64,000 bases of DNA, taken from contig JBHGNT010000012.1 of the NCBI GenBank assembly GCA_043228905.1, positions 19,902,001-19,966,000 on the forward strand, in the 5' to 3' direction. Shown in pieces: positions 36,768-50,957 of the stretch. Positions within the stretch are counted from its first letter, which is position 1, and every line of letters starts with the position of its first letter. Source of the stretch: Azolla caroliniana (taxonomy: Eukaryota > Plantae > Polypodiophyta). Below the pieces are notes generated by a model that saw only the letters and a list, made by a program, of their open reading frames with translations, was not told the DNA's origin and made no database searches. A program made the translations under genes and the position numbers.

Positions 36768-39700
36768 TTAGTCTTCTACAATACCCAACTCTGTCTTGAA
36801 TACATCAACCTTTTCTGAACATACAAGCATCACAAGCCGGAATTGTTTCAAGCCCCGAGTCTGGTAGCACAAATAAGCAGAATCGAAGTCAGTTTACCAT
36901 CCAATTACAGTCAAATCAATGTAGGCTTAGCTATCATGCGATTCCAGTTCAACCAAAATCAGCTAATTATGCGCAGCTTAACATTCCAATTCCTATCCCC
37001 AGTACAACAATACTGCAGGATTATAAGAGCTGTACCTCATGTGTAGCGACTGCCTCGGAGGTAACAGGAAACATGCAAGACCAATCACTCAGCTGCAACA
37101 CATGACATCCAAAAAGAGGTGAAAGACTAAGTTTCTTAGAAACACTGTATACACACTTGATATTTCATAGAAATAGAGCTATGATGTGAACATTTGTCGG
37201 GTGCTTTGCTTGCCTTGTGAAATATTTCATCCTCTGGCTTGATGTATATAAGATCCCCACCATTGCTTTCCTCATTTTCCTTCCCTACTTTTTGTTTATG
37301 TCCCTGTAGCAACACTGTGATGATCTATTATACCTTTATAAGACTAGAATAGTATCATCATGTTATAAAATGGGCTGCCTACCACAAGTGCAAATGTATA
37401 TATTGAATACTAACATGATGACATACCTCTAATGCACCTGTAGTTTCTGGGCAAAGAGTGAGTGCCCAGGTGAGCCTAGTATCTTCTTTGATTGGTATCA
37501 TACACTTTTTCTAGATTTCTAAACATCTGAATGTTTTGAAAGAGTTTCTGGCCTTCCAGGCCCAACTTTAAACATATCTAAAGTCACCAATTTCTAAATT
37601 CAGAAATAATTATCATCTACCAAGGTATATACATGTATATACATGTATGCTTACCTTTTTTCCTTTTTTCGGTATTTGCCGAAAGAAACGGGTCATAATT
37701 AAATAGTGCTTGAACTTGAAGGAATCCTGCAGTACTTTTGTTGGCTGAAAGCAAATAATGGTTTAGGAAATATGCACAACATCAACTAACCAAGAAGCAG
37801 ACAGTTAATCTCCATATATTCTGCAATGACTTTTTAACCTCATCTTCTGTAGCCCACATAATCTCCTCAAATAGTCCCTTATATAATGGGGGTGCCAATT
37901 CCTCTGGAATGTTAATAAGCCTTTCACTAACCAGAAGGGCAACATTACTTGCTTCTTCTTCAAGTACAACCTCAATCTTAGCTGCATCAGAATTTTCACT
38001 GCAGTTGCTTTTCAAATATTGAAAAATGTTCTGCATAAAGGCTTTATCCTGAAAAACCATTTAAGACACCAACAAGGATCCTCAGAGACCATGAGGGTAT
38101 AATAAGAACGAATCGGCTCTCAAATTATGATAAAAAAATGTTCTCTACTATACAATTGGCAACGGTTTGGTTTGAACCAAACCGAACTGCGAAACCACGG
38201 TTTAACGGCTTAACGGCTTAACGGTTTCAACGGTTCAGTTCGGTTTCATCAGTAAAAAACCGCAGTTTAAAAGGTTTAACGGGTTTTTTTTTTTAATTTT
38301 TAAAAATTGTTTTTAAACAATCTTTTCATTTTTAGACCTTATTTTCACATTGTAGGAACATCTTAAATTTTTTTTTAAATGAAACATTATAAATTTTAAA
38401 AAATTAAAATTTGACCTATGTTGAAAACCGAAACCGAACCACGAAACCGCGGTTCTTACTGTTTAATGGTTTAACGGTTTGAAACATGTTTAACAGTTTC
38501 ACGGTTTGGTTCAGGTTTCAAAAAAATTAAACAGTTCGGTTTGGACCCTCTCAAACCGGGCTGAACCATTGCTGATTGTTAACTATAGAGTGAAATTTAT
38601 TCTCTTTCAGCTCTATAGAAATCCAGAAGATATAAAACAAGCTTACCTACTACTACTCAGCCTCCTTGCACACTAGTAAATCATGACTGCAAGTACCATT
38701 AATACTTCATTTCCAACTACAAACACTATTAGCTTCAGAAATACTTGCATTAATAAACTCATGGAGTGCCATCAAGAGGTAATAACGAAGACCAACCTCA
38801 CAATGAGTACTTTAAAGATCAATATCAATCTCAAGTGATGATGAACATACATACACATGCAAAATAAATACATGTTAGCTGTTACAAACACGTTGGCACA
38901 TCCTCTACTACATGCATAACCTATCTCATGATTAGTTATGGTTATGTTAGGTAGGTAAGCATTATTTCCTAAAGGAAAGAGAGTATGAATTTAATTACAA
39001 TTCTATGTCATGAGATAATTATTAGATGTGTTATCACTTGACTGTTTCAAATGAAGTAGACAAGTGTGTGACACACCAAGGCCTAAGGTTTTTGATAATA
39101 CAAGAAAGCTACCTACCTTCTTATGAAGGGAGGCTTGACCTATGTTGCAACTATGTGTCTACAAGAATGCCAGAACTCAATAATAGACGAAGGTGAGCAA
39201 GGAGAGTTTAGGTGTCTACAACATCTTCTTGCTACACAATACTACGATGAATCCTCATCATGACTAATTGACATTTCTTAACCTGATGCAGGTGTATCAG
39301 GTGACACCAGAGTAGCAGGGCTCTTGAAGCTGTAATTATATTTTTTGAGCTTGCAATAACCAACATAATTACTTGAGGCACCATAAGCACATACATAAGC
39401 ATAGACCAGCTTGCAGGTTGTGGTCACACAATACCTTGCTATTATAAGGTGCAAATTCTTGTTCTCAGAACCACTCCGAAATAGGCTGAAAATTGATGAT
39501 ACAAAACAATCTATAATTACATAAGACATCATTGACAAGTGCAAAAACCACAACCAGCACCAAATTATATGCTACTTCAACGAAAGAAAACAAAAATGCA
39601 TCATGCACGAGAGCAAAGAAACTGGACAGTATCAGTATACCTAATCCCTAGTTGACTCTCATCTTATCACTCATTTAATCTGGGATATGGCTTTGCAAAG

Positions 39701-40375
39701 AATTTTAGAGTGATGATGGGCACCTTATATCTTCCCATGTTAAGAGCAGTGATAACACCGATGGGGCTTTCATCTTCACCTGTCTTAATGACTGATCCAA
39801 CTGTGGTCTGAGACAAAATGGTGTCTACAAACCCACCTATATCCCATGAACTGTCGTCCAAATAGGATCTCACCAGTGCTTTCACTCCATGGAAATCCTC
39901 AGGTTTAGGGTCAAAGAACTCAAAATCCACATTCACAATCCCCTACACAAAAGAAAATACATCCAACTTTCAAATCATAGAAATGTAGTATAAAAAGAAA
40001 ACTATAAAACCCTAGAAAACAAGCAGCATTTACAATGAAGAAAACATTCAAAAACCAGATGTGCCTACAACATTCAAACCCTGGAAACGCAGCAGTGTAT
40101 GAAGAGAATAATCCAGAAAACCCTAGAAAAGCAGCTACGCATGATGAAGTAAACGTGCAAACCCTATAAACGCAGTACATGGAGAGAACATTTCAAACCC
40201 CAGAAAAGCAAACTATAGCAAACCCTGCTATGAAGAGGCATCGTTAAGGAAGAACCTCAGAATCTTCATCATCTTCCTCATCGCCTTCAGAATCTTCTCC
40301 TCTGCCATTTTCTGCTTTCTGAAGCTTCTTTGGGGAGGATGGTTCTGCTGGGGTTTTCCGTTTCGGAAGAGGCAT
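36768..40375 (-). CDS. BCP1: BCCIP/Bcp1 homologue (60S export, Rpl23 chaperone)
   Basis: Exon 40375-40256 is an acidic N-terminus. Exon 39942-39724 reads VDFEFFDPKPEDFHGVK...QTTVGSVIK. Exon ~38049-37839 reads ALLVSERLINIPEELAPPLY. Further exons give FKFKHYL, IYIKPEDEIFHK and SCMFPV, ending GLKQFRLVMLV...* at 36768. Confidence 0.9.
38153..38578. mobile_element. AAACCG-rich MITE in a BCP1 intron (same family as 31321-31790, inverted)
   Basis: CAATTGGCAACGGTTTGGTTTGA ... TCAAACCGGGCTGAACCATTGCTGATTG; shares the TTGGACCCTCTCAAACC segment. Confidence 0.8.
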
Positions 40376-40459
40376 GAGTAGAGCCCGAAACCCTAAGTGC
40401 TGCCGGTCCAGGAACCCAAAAACGTACGTGCAAACCCGAACTGAGCAGCCCACAACCCC

Positions 40460-40690
40460 AAACTGAGCTTCCTGCAGCCCTACACTTAGCTGCCTGCAAC
40501 TCTAACCCTAACCCTAATACGCTGGATGTGAATGAATATAATATGTAGGGAGCCCTAAAACCCTAAACTGAGCTTCCTGAACCCCAACACTTAGCTGCCT
40601 GCAACTCTAACCCTAAATCCTAACCCTAACCCTAACCCTAAAACTCAGGATGTGAATGAATATAATATGTAGGGCGCCCTAAAACCCTGA
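40460..40690 (-). promoter_or_regulatory. Duplicated BCP1 leader/promoter unit rich in telo-box and (CCCTAA)n repeats
   Basis: AAACTGAGCTTCCTG...CTTAGCTGCCTGCAACTCTAACCCTAA at 40460 and 40566. GGATGTGAATGAATATAATATGTAGGG at 40524 and 40648. Confidence 0.7.
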
Positions 40691-40892
40691 AGAGAGCAGA
40701 GCTTCTTCTTTATGGGATTTGGTATTGTTTCATATGTATGTACATCAATCACAATGTATTTGTTATTTACCCCAAGTAAAGTGTTGTCACTTCCTAAGAC
40801 TCGGGTCGCCATACCATAAGATCTCGACACAAGTTTTATGAAGAAAGTTTGTGCTCCGTGACCCGATAGCCCGACTCACTTTCGATCCCTTT

Positions 40893-40930
<38 letters not shown>

Positions 40931-41126
40931 TATAATGGCTTTCATTATGAAAGAAAAAATAGTAACTTACAACAAAGTATGGTTAGAACCCTTCTAGAGA
41001 TCTAAATAGTATGCATAGAACCCTTCTAGGGATCTAAATACTAATATTACGAGTCACGACTACAATCTCAATCCCACCCTAGACACCAATCCAATGGCAA
41101 AGAATATGATGATATGTGACCTTGCA

Positions 41127-41163
<37 letters not shown>

Positions 41164-41299
41164 ATGGTTGAGATTTCATGACTTCTTTAGCACTGCCAAT
41201 TGCCATTACTTCCAATGGGTGTCACAATGGAGTATGGTCACCCACTAACTACAGGGAGTTGTGGAACATGTTGAATTGTTGCTACACTAGATGACCACT

Positions 41300-44200
41300 C
41301 CACCGAAGACAGAATTTCTACTTGCCCCAGTAAAGAAAATTTCTCATTTTCGTACTCCTTTCAACTTCCGTAGCTATGCTTTGATTTCAGGCTCACCATC
41401 AAATACAAAATCATTCTTGCATATCCCGATTAAGTGTGATTAAAACTAAGAGCACAATCTCTTCGTTCCAAGTCAACATAATAAACACAAAGACACAAGT
41501 AACTCTTTTTGCAAAGAATTACAATGCTCTCTACTAGACGATGGTTTCCATACAAATAGTGAGAGTGCCACAAGACTACCAAGTGTTGAACACATGAAGA
41601 CTAAGGAATGTTAAGTGGAATACATCCGTTCAATAATTTCCACAATAATGTCTTAATCGTTGTCCCCCCCAATGTGCTATATATACCCTCATACTCAATG
41701 AAATATTGAACATTAAGTTTCTGTGGTTGTGAATTTGAACAATAGATATCCATAATTGTGAGTCTAGATACATGGCTTGCAACAATGAAAAACTATGAAC
41801 CATCATATGCATAGATAAGTCCAATATTGCAACTCATGTGATTCCCATCGTATCCATCTTTCTCTACAACAAATATCGGATAGATTTGCAAAATCAAAAT
41901 GCAAAGCTTTCTTTGTCCATATTAGCAATGGCAAGCAATATAATATCATCGATTCCATAATTCATTGTACAACCTTTAGTCATACATAAATGACCAAGAT
42001 TGTGACTTCCAATATGTGAACTTATCTCTTAACTTCGTAACCATTCATTCACTCAATTGGCCATTCGTACATTCATTCCCAATTGATACCCAATTGTCGA
42101 ACAATAGAGCCTACCCTAACCGTGAATCCTTGCCATCCAAGACGCCCCAAATCCCTCTTAGTACATGAGATGAGGTGACACTTCCTCCAATGAATATGTA
42201 ATCTGGATGCCAATGCAAATTCCCTTCTCAAGATTATCATCTAAGGCTCAAAGAAACATGAAAGAATTGTTTGCCAAAGTCCACTACCAATTGCCCCCCA
42301 AGTGGAACATGAAGACCTACAATGTCAACATTAGTTGTGTGCCTTGATAACATCACCAATGGATGAGTAACAATAGCAAACAACAATGGGCTAAGTGGAA
42401 ATCCTTGATAAACAAATCTTATGAGGGAAATATCAAATGTACCCCCACCATTTAGCCTTACTTAGGACATCATATCTTATCCTAATAAAAACATGAGGTG
42501 AGACATACGTGGTCCAAAGCCCATTGTATGCATACCATGGAAACAAAGAACCAAATGGATCTTAAGCTCTCTCCAAATCTAATTGCACCATAATCATTTC
42601 TTGATGAGCATGTCTTGCATAATCCATGGCCATTTGAACATTGAACATATTATTGGATATATTCCTACTTGTAATGAAATCATATTGTGTGCGGTTCATC
42701 AACTTTGGGAAATACTTTTAAATCTATTTGCCAAGACCTTTGTTGATATCGTATACAACCCGCCATCAATTGGTGAAAGGACTCATGTGATGCCATCTTC
42801 AAAAATAATTTAATGAGACCAACCTTCCACATTTGAAGCATACAACTAGAATCTTGGCAATGTTAAAACATCAAAGTTAAAGGCCCAAAAAGCTTCATTT
42901 ATCTGGCCATCCCACCCAAAGCTCTTACCACTAGGAGGGTGCCCCCTCCCCCCCCCCCTCTCTCTCTGTCTAATGGTAAGTTTTTAGACTACTAATCTTA
43001 CGTCTTGGGTTCAAGACCCAACTTTCTCGCCTCTCTATTATTGCATACATATTCTCTTAATTTACTAGATGCCACTATGGAATGTACGGGTTGAACACAT
43101 GACCTTGTCCTCTCTCTCTCTCTAGTGCACGCTCTGTGTGTGGTAAAAGCACACAATTGTATTATTTGTATGTAAAATCCATTTATTACAACTTCTTAGT
43201 CTCCATTAAGATACCTATGTTGGAAGAGGGACATTCTATAAAGCCAATGGAAAACCCGAATATACACTTGCGGAAATGATCCCCACATGCTTTAACATCC
43301 AAAAATTCCACATAAGAATGTCTTTCAATTTCTTCATATAGGATTTCACCCCATATCTACTATCAAGCATGAACGCATTACACATATGCCAATTGTGTTG
43401 CAGTCCCCAATATCATAAAATTTGGAACATGAGAAAAAACCCATTGTTGAGGCCTCAAATATACGGATTAAAACTTGTCAAATGTTTGATAAGTACTTCC
43501 AAATCATATGCGTTAATAGGGCATTTAATGGACCTCTGTGTATTGTCCTACAACGGAATGGTGCAAAAGCACGTATGTGACCCTAGTCCTAACCTCTTTA
43601 AGGTTGAACCTAATGGGAGCCCATCAATCATGACTCTCCATATGAATACCCTTGCACAAAATGACAAACCCTTGCAATATATGCCACCACCTTACATTTG
43701 ACTTACATACATTCGACACCAACATAATGATGCAATTGCATGATGATACAATATATTTGTAATGACCTATAATTGACTTTAATCGCCAATCCACCCAAGG
43801 TGCAACATTTCTTTTCATTGGCAAATATCCATACAACATTTATCTTGTAATTTCTCCCAAATAAATCCATAATTTGGGGGAATACATAACCATCATTTGG
43901 TATCTTCAAAATCTGACAACCTTTGAGATTCATCATCAACCACATCTCCCGGATCTACAAACCCCAATTGAAATAAACAATAGAATTGAGATCCCCGCTT
44001 CTCTTTTCCATGCCAATGCAACAATCAAGAAGAAAAGAGCAATTCATTTTGTAATGAATTACAAAATTCTTGATCACTTTATGGTGCCCACTCGAAAAAA
44101 GATAATGCATGTTGCCATGACCTTACCAATTGTTGTTCGTACATAATGTTGAATCTTTAGAGAATACATCTATTGATCAATGGCCACCACAATGCTTGAA

Positions 44201-44370
44201 TCTTTGTTTTCCCAGGCACCAATCATTCATGCTCAATAAAATATTGGATCATAGATATCCATGGTTGATATTGTCGACACATATATCATAATAATGCAAA
44301 TCTACAAGCCATCAAATGCATTTCCAAATCCAACCACATCACCTAACCATTTGGGAGTAGCCAAATGATC
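41300..44370 (-). mobile_element. Decayed L1-type LINE ORF2
   Basis: Minus-strand VYQGFPLSPLLFAIVTHP near 42360-42415 (RT domain). Extent is approximate. Confidence 0.6.
42968..43110 (-). repeat. Dispersed copy of the double tRNA-like-head repeat, flanked by (CT)n
   Basis: Its reverse complement GGTCATGTGTTCAACCCGTACATTCCATAGTGGCATCTAGT...GAAAGTTGGGTCTTGAACCCAAGA matches the units at 9091-9528. Confidence 0.75.
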
Positions 44371-44372
44371 CC

Positions 44373-44434
<62 letters not shown>

Positions 44435-44486
44435 GTTGTACACCTTTTGTCTCATGGGCCAATTTTGGCCTTAGAAGACGTTAATA

Positions 44487-44519
<33 letters not shown>

Positions 44520-46768
44520 CAACCCTCAAAGAGTCCTGCTTTCTAACGCAAACGAATTTGCTCCAACACGATGTTAATGGAAAGGAACTTTGTTATCCCT
44601 TCCTTGTTGATAACATGCACCAAGCTCAAAGAAGCTCCAAAACTCCTTACTGACCGTCAAATCAGCAAAAGAATTCGGTGTTTTCTACCAAGAATCATGA
44701 TCTTTGATAACCACAAGGTAGTTAAAGCCCCCAAGAATCATGGTCTTCTAAGACGCACATGTAGGATCTTCTCACCTACAAGAATCATGATCTTTGATAA
44801 CCACAAAGAAGTAAAATTTGGTAATTAGTAATGAAGCCAACAAAAACAAAATCCAACTTCAGCCTATATAGATGTCAAAGAAGCTATAAAAAAATAGAGG
44901 TGATGCACTATAGGACATCAATAGAACCTCTTCCTATTTACCGCATCATCTTCAATCAACTATAAATGACCTCTCCAATGAGGGATGTTGGATTTAATAA
45001 AGTCAAACATTGCATGCAGCAATTGAATGGCATCATTGTTGGTATAAAGCTAATACTGTAAGTGGTCTTGTGCCTTATGCATGTTACATTGCTTGATATA
45101 TCAATTAGAAATATGAAAAGCTAATCACTTCCATTTGAGCATTCCCAATTATAAATGGAATTCATAAAAAAGCCAATTTGCATTTGATATACTATGACAT
45201 TTCCAAGCTTACTCCAAATTCTAGCAATTTTATTTGTCTTCACACTGAACTCTGAAAATTGCCTATTTCTAGAAAGCTACCATAGCATTCTACTTTGTGT
45301 TAAACATGCTTACTACACAATCTGAATTCCTCGAGGTGGATTGATTGGATGTTCAAACAGTAAACATTTGTGAGCAAATCAAACATTTAATAAATTTCTA
45401 ACCCAAAAAACTAACTGGTTTCCCTGACCTGTGTGATATTGATGTGCTATTAACAAGGTAAGCATTTGCGTCAAGATACAAGTTTGATTGATGTTTATAA
45501 TGTTCCAGAACAGACTTCGCGGCTTGTCCAGGACAGACTTCGTACACATTCACCTCATTTCTTCTAGATCATGTGCATCATCATCATGTAGAACAATCAA
45601 ATCAGTGTGACGACATTGAACAAAAAAATTAAATATTTACGATACAAATGGAAACACTTGACAACCACCAACTTTCATGTAGACTACCAAATTCTATATA
45701 TTCATATTCTTTAGTACAATATTTGGTTCTACAATGAACTTTCATGTCCATTCAACCAATTTCTTCATGCATCATTACATCAATATTAAGCTGTACTATC
45801 CCCTGTTTCATCTCCTCAGTTGTAGGAGTAAGATCCAAATCCCTGCTCATATCATTGACATATATAAATGAAGTATTAAGCACAACTAAATTAACAAAAA
45901 AATCCATGTCTTCATCATTAGAGACTATATCTTTAAATAAATAGACCTTTGTGAAGACGGATTGGTGATTGATCCTTTTGGCGATGAAATTCACGCAAAT
46001 GAGAATGTCTTCTCTTAAACTCCAATTAGAAAGATTCCAGCAAAATCAACTGGTAAAAAGAGATACACCTAAATTCAAATGAGAAAGTCAATTTCTCTTC
46101 ATTGATTATGGAGCAAAAAATGCAGAGTCCTTGACATCGAAACATACATGTGAACGATGGCAGTATATTTATTCCTGACAGATGATTGATTTTGTCCATG
46201 TAAATAAAATGGTGCTTTTTTCACCCTCAGCTACTTCAGTTGTGAATGAGGTTTACAACTTCAGAATATGTCATTTTCAGCTCTTTTTGAAATGTATATG
46301 GGAGGCCTCAAATACATCATATATATATTTCTGTACTGAATTGACCAACTCAGCACTGAAAAAGACAAATAAAAATAATTACCCACTTCAATGAGAACTT
46401 TCCATTCACAGCTTCCAAAGAGATCCCCAAAGCAATGATTACATCCTCTCTGGTCAAAACTTGAGAATCCATTGGGTAGAGTAGCGAATCTTCACTAGGC
46501 AATTTGCTTTCTGTGTGTTACAGATACCCAGAAACATTCATAGGCAATTTGCTTTCTGTGTGTGCATACATGATGGCTGCTGTTATCATATCCATAGTGA
46601 GTTAATTGTTTGTGCCTCTTTCACAAACTTTTTTCGCACCTTGTGAGCGATTGGTAAATCGGATTTTTTGGAGAGATTGTAAAGCTACGGAAGACTCAGA
46701 GGTTGCTAGGCTCAGCCATGATTTGTTCTATGGATAAACCAACTCACCGCAACTCAAGACTCGATCAC

Positions 46769-46996
46769 GTATAGAGCACAGGGTCTACCCATTGGGTATA
46801 TTGCCATCAAACTCATTCCAACTCAAGATTTGATTTGAACAGAGCACAAAATTCCACCAAAGTGGGGTACATTGGTCCTCAAACACATCCCAGGTTAGAC
46901 TTGATTGTATAGAGTCCAAAGGTCCACCCAATACCGTATATTGGTCATCAAACTCATCCCAGGTCAGACTTGATTGTATACAGCACAAAGATCCAC
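46769..46996. repeat. 70-bp tandem array (~3 copies) just 3' of the CPL1 stop
   Basis: GTAYATTG...TCAAAC.CAT.CCA at 46796, 46866 and 46936. Confidence 0.75.
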
Positions 46997-47016
46997 TCGA
47001 TAGGGCACCCTGTCAT

Positions 47017-50000
47017 CTAAAAGCGTCTCGGAGAGAGGTCACGAGGTGATGGTGGCGGCCGCTGTAACCCCCGTGGAACCTCACCTGATCTCATACGTTT
47101 GTTCGATTGAAGAGGTGGAGACCTGAAAAAACAATGAAGATGCTTTGTTGTTTTTTATCACCAAAAAATGCCAGGGCAGGTGTCAAATGGAAAGCTCTTC
47201 AATGTTATTTTTGTAAAGTTAAGCAAGAAAGAATATAGTGGTGGTTCAAAAGTGCACCTTGGTGAATTCATCCTTTTTTGAGGTCCTCGTGCTTGAGATG
47301 TCACCTGAAGAGACCGTAGTGCTTCCTCCGCTGCCTGTCCAATAAATAAATAAAAATTTATTAGAAAGTAGAGCTTTATATGAAAAAGTACAAAAGGCCT
47401 TATCAGAATTGTCATGTGGTGTAAGAAAATCAATTGGCCATCAACACTATTTGCTTTTAAAGTATGCATTTTTACATATATATTCTTTACTTCCTGGTTA
47501 TAAGTGGATATATAACGACTGATTCTGATGAAACAGAAAATTGGAAACCTGGCCTTGTGTCATACCTTATGTTTGGCTTCTTCCCAAGAACTTCCAATAC
47601 CCTTCCCCATCACTCGACCTGCAACTTCAACCTATCACCAAACTACGTTTAGAACTAGTTTTATAATTTCGTGTAGTCCATCTTGAAATCCCTAATTTTA
47701 GAGGAGGCACTTCAAGTTACCTGACAAACATGTCCTTGTTCTGAACCAGACAAACCTGAATTAAAGATGACATTCATTCCCCCCATCGTACACTGCACAA
47801 AAAAAGGTGGATTCCCATTTTAACTATATGTACTTTCTCTAATACATCTTTGAAGACGTTAATATATCTTTCTTTCTAAAGTTCAAGTTTCCAAAAGGCT
47901 AACGTAAACCATTCTTACGTAATCTTTCAAATCTGTAACAGGATTCTGCACTCTGTTTTCTTCAGTGAAAGGCACATACGTTGTATGCCCTGAGACACTA
48001 GACACAAATGGCATGGCTTCATCACCAATGGGATGCCCCAATCCTGTCAAAAAACGAGGATCCCTTGTATTCCACCTGGGTGCACATTCATCATTTGAAT
48101 AGGAACCCATTAGTTTTCCATGACCAAGTACATTTATAGCTTGTGTTGGATGGGATATGAACTGGCCTACAGAAAGCGAGAGAGATATATTAGTGTCTCT
48201 AAACGACCGTGATGGCCTATGACACCTAATAAAGATTTACAAGCACTTTTGTTAAATCATAAGCAGCAACAAGAGAAAAATATGTTCATGATTACATGTA
48301 TCCTTGAGTAATTATAAGAGAAAAGCAAACAATTTGATTTTAGAACTTGTGCGCATAATGAAGAAAATAGTAAATGAAAATACTTACTAGCCATAAACCG
48401 CAGAGAACTATCAGCTGCCTTATGTTGGGCCTCTTTCTTTGTCTTTCCAATGCCTTCTCCTACCTTATCACCACCAAAAAGAACCTACAGTTTTCCACAA
48501 TTTCCAAAAAACAGATTATCCACGTAATATATGGACTTCAGGAGTGCAAATGATAGTACAAAGAATATGGATAATACCTCTACAGCAAACTGAAGCTCTT
48601 TTGTTGTATTTAATAATGATTTGAACTCCAACTGATAAACCAAAGTTAAGAAATCTTAAAATTAAAACGCATTGAGACATGGACATGCTTGATTGTATGG
48701 CAATGAGATGACAGTCTACCTTTGTGTTACACTTCTGAGCAATCTCCTGTAAGACAGCTACAGGAGTTGACATGTTTGATCCAACATTTTGCCTCATCTG
48801 AAGAACTCGTTGATTCATAACTGAAGAACTGTCACTTTCTGCAAACATCACAGCTTATTATTATAACTACAGAAAACACACAATATATTATGCAAGTTGA
48901 AATCGTGAAAATATATAACCTGAATACAACTGACCCATAAATGTGGTATCAGGTCTTTGTTTCTCATCTCGAGGGTACACCTATTTCAATGAGAAGAAAT
49001 TTAATAACCACTCTGGGGAAAAAAACTACCATGTAAAATCATCTATACAAGTTTCATGGGGTCATAAATATATACTTGGGAAATTCCATCATGACCCACA
49101 AACTCTGAACTGCCATAGAACGGGGGACTATGAGACCGTTGCTTTGCAAAAAGAGATGGCGATTCTGGCTCTAATACCATTCCAGATGAGGTTCTTGACA
49201 CTTGCCTAGGGCTCATCTCTTCCTCAGCTCCGAGCCAACCACCAGCAGGTGCCGGTGCTGGTACTGTTACATGCAAAATTGGCTTCAATGGAACTGTTGA
49301 AGGCCCATGAGATGTATCTATATATTGTGGTGTCTCTTGTCCATGTTGCAGAATCAGTAATCTTCTTCGTGTGTCAGGATCAAGCTCGGAATCGGGAACC
49401 TCTCCTTCTTCTCGTATAGGGGAGCCTTGTCGGGAATGTTCAAAATGATGGGATGCCGGTGGTGTGGGAGGTATCACTGTCAGCATCTCACTTGGGAAAC
49501 GGGACAGTTCTTGTTTTTCAACAGCAGGTGGTGTGAGGGGTCTCATTGTGGTCAATAGCATAGGAGAAGGAAATACACCTGTGGGGACAAAAGGCAACGG
49601 CAATGGCAACGGCAACGGCATAGGTGGATGCAGTACAGGTCTCTGTCCTTCGCCTTCACTTTCAGCCACAACACTTGGTAGAAGTGTAGAGCTGCTTGAC
49701 ATTCCCTGTATATGTACATAGTATAAAATGCACACAAAGGTTATGATAAAGGTAAATCACATGAATAAATAAAATCAAGATCATACACACTGTTTTTAAA
49801 GTTTCTCACAGCCAATTCCATTATATATAGCATAAAATTCATGTAAAGATGGCGATAATAAATATCATAAGTCAAATCATATCTTTCATTTATTGTTTTC
49901 TTACTACTGTCTCATCAGACAAATTTAGCTTTCAGATACGTTACTTTTCACCTGCAGTTTGAACTACTATATGATTCAAATTCTAATTATCTTCGATGAC

Positions 50001-50913
50001 CCAATATGATAGGAATCAATTATCTGTATTTAAATTCACATGAAAAAAATTAACAAAACCTCTGCTAGTTTTTTCCCAACTTCAACATCTGTCATGCCAT
50101 CTGGAAACACCTTCTTTTCATTGGTAGCATCAGCAGCAAACCCATTGCCTTCCTGAAACAAGGTAAATTTTATTATATAAGATGCTAATATACAACATCA
50201 ATGATAATATCTAGCAAAAAAATCAAGATACCAAATTCACAAACCATTATGCATTGTGTATCTACAAAGGATAAAGAGTCTAAATGTTCCAGTATGTCAA
50301 TCATTGGAGAACAATTAGCTGCTGTGATGCATTACATACTAGATCAATGTTTCCAGAGGCATAAGGAATGACTACTAAATATCCCCATCCATGTAACTGC
50401 TAGCTAAGGGTGGAAGTAGACTCATAAAGACAACCAAGAAACTCAGTTTCTACTCATTTCATAGAATGATGTGAATACGAGTGGCTTTTTAAGTCCTGAT
50501 TAACTGGTCCGTTTTAGGAGGGAGATCCATTTTCATTGTCATTTAATAAAAATTGCTCACTCATCTGTAACCATCTAAGCTCCCACTAAACTAGATGTCT
50601 AGCATATATGTATATATAGGGAGACAAAGAGAGGGAGAAAGAAAGATATATTAACGTCATTTATGAGGCCAAAATGGCCTATAAGACCAAACAAGAGATT
50701 ACATCTTAAGTGTTGTCTCGTCTTTGAGAATAACAAATAAATAAATAAAAGTAAATAATACTCTGTAAATATAAAAGTATATAAGATAAAAAGAGACGAG
50801 GGAATCTGGTTTTCGGCACATGTGAGATTTTCAAGTTAGATATATTGTAGCTTTTGTCTTCGAAAGATCTCTAGCATAGGTCGATCCAGAATGGAGATGT
50901 CTCCAAAGCGAGG

Positions 50914-50957
<44 letters not shown>

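Noticed and set aside
27666-40375. Functional cluster of 60S biogenesis genes (EBP2, BCP1)
   Set aside because: Two such genes ~8 kb apart and separated by an unrelated gene is compatible with chance, absent synteny evidence.
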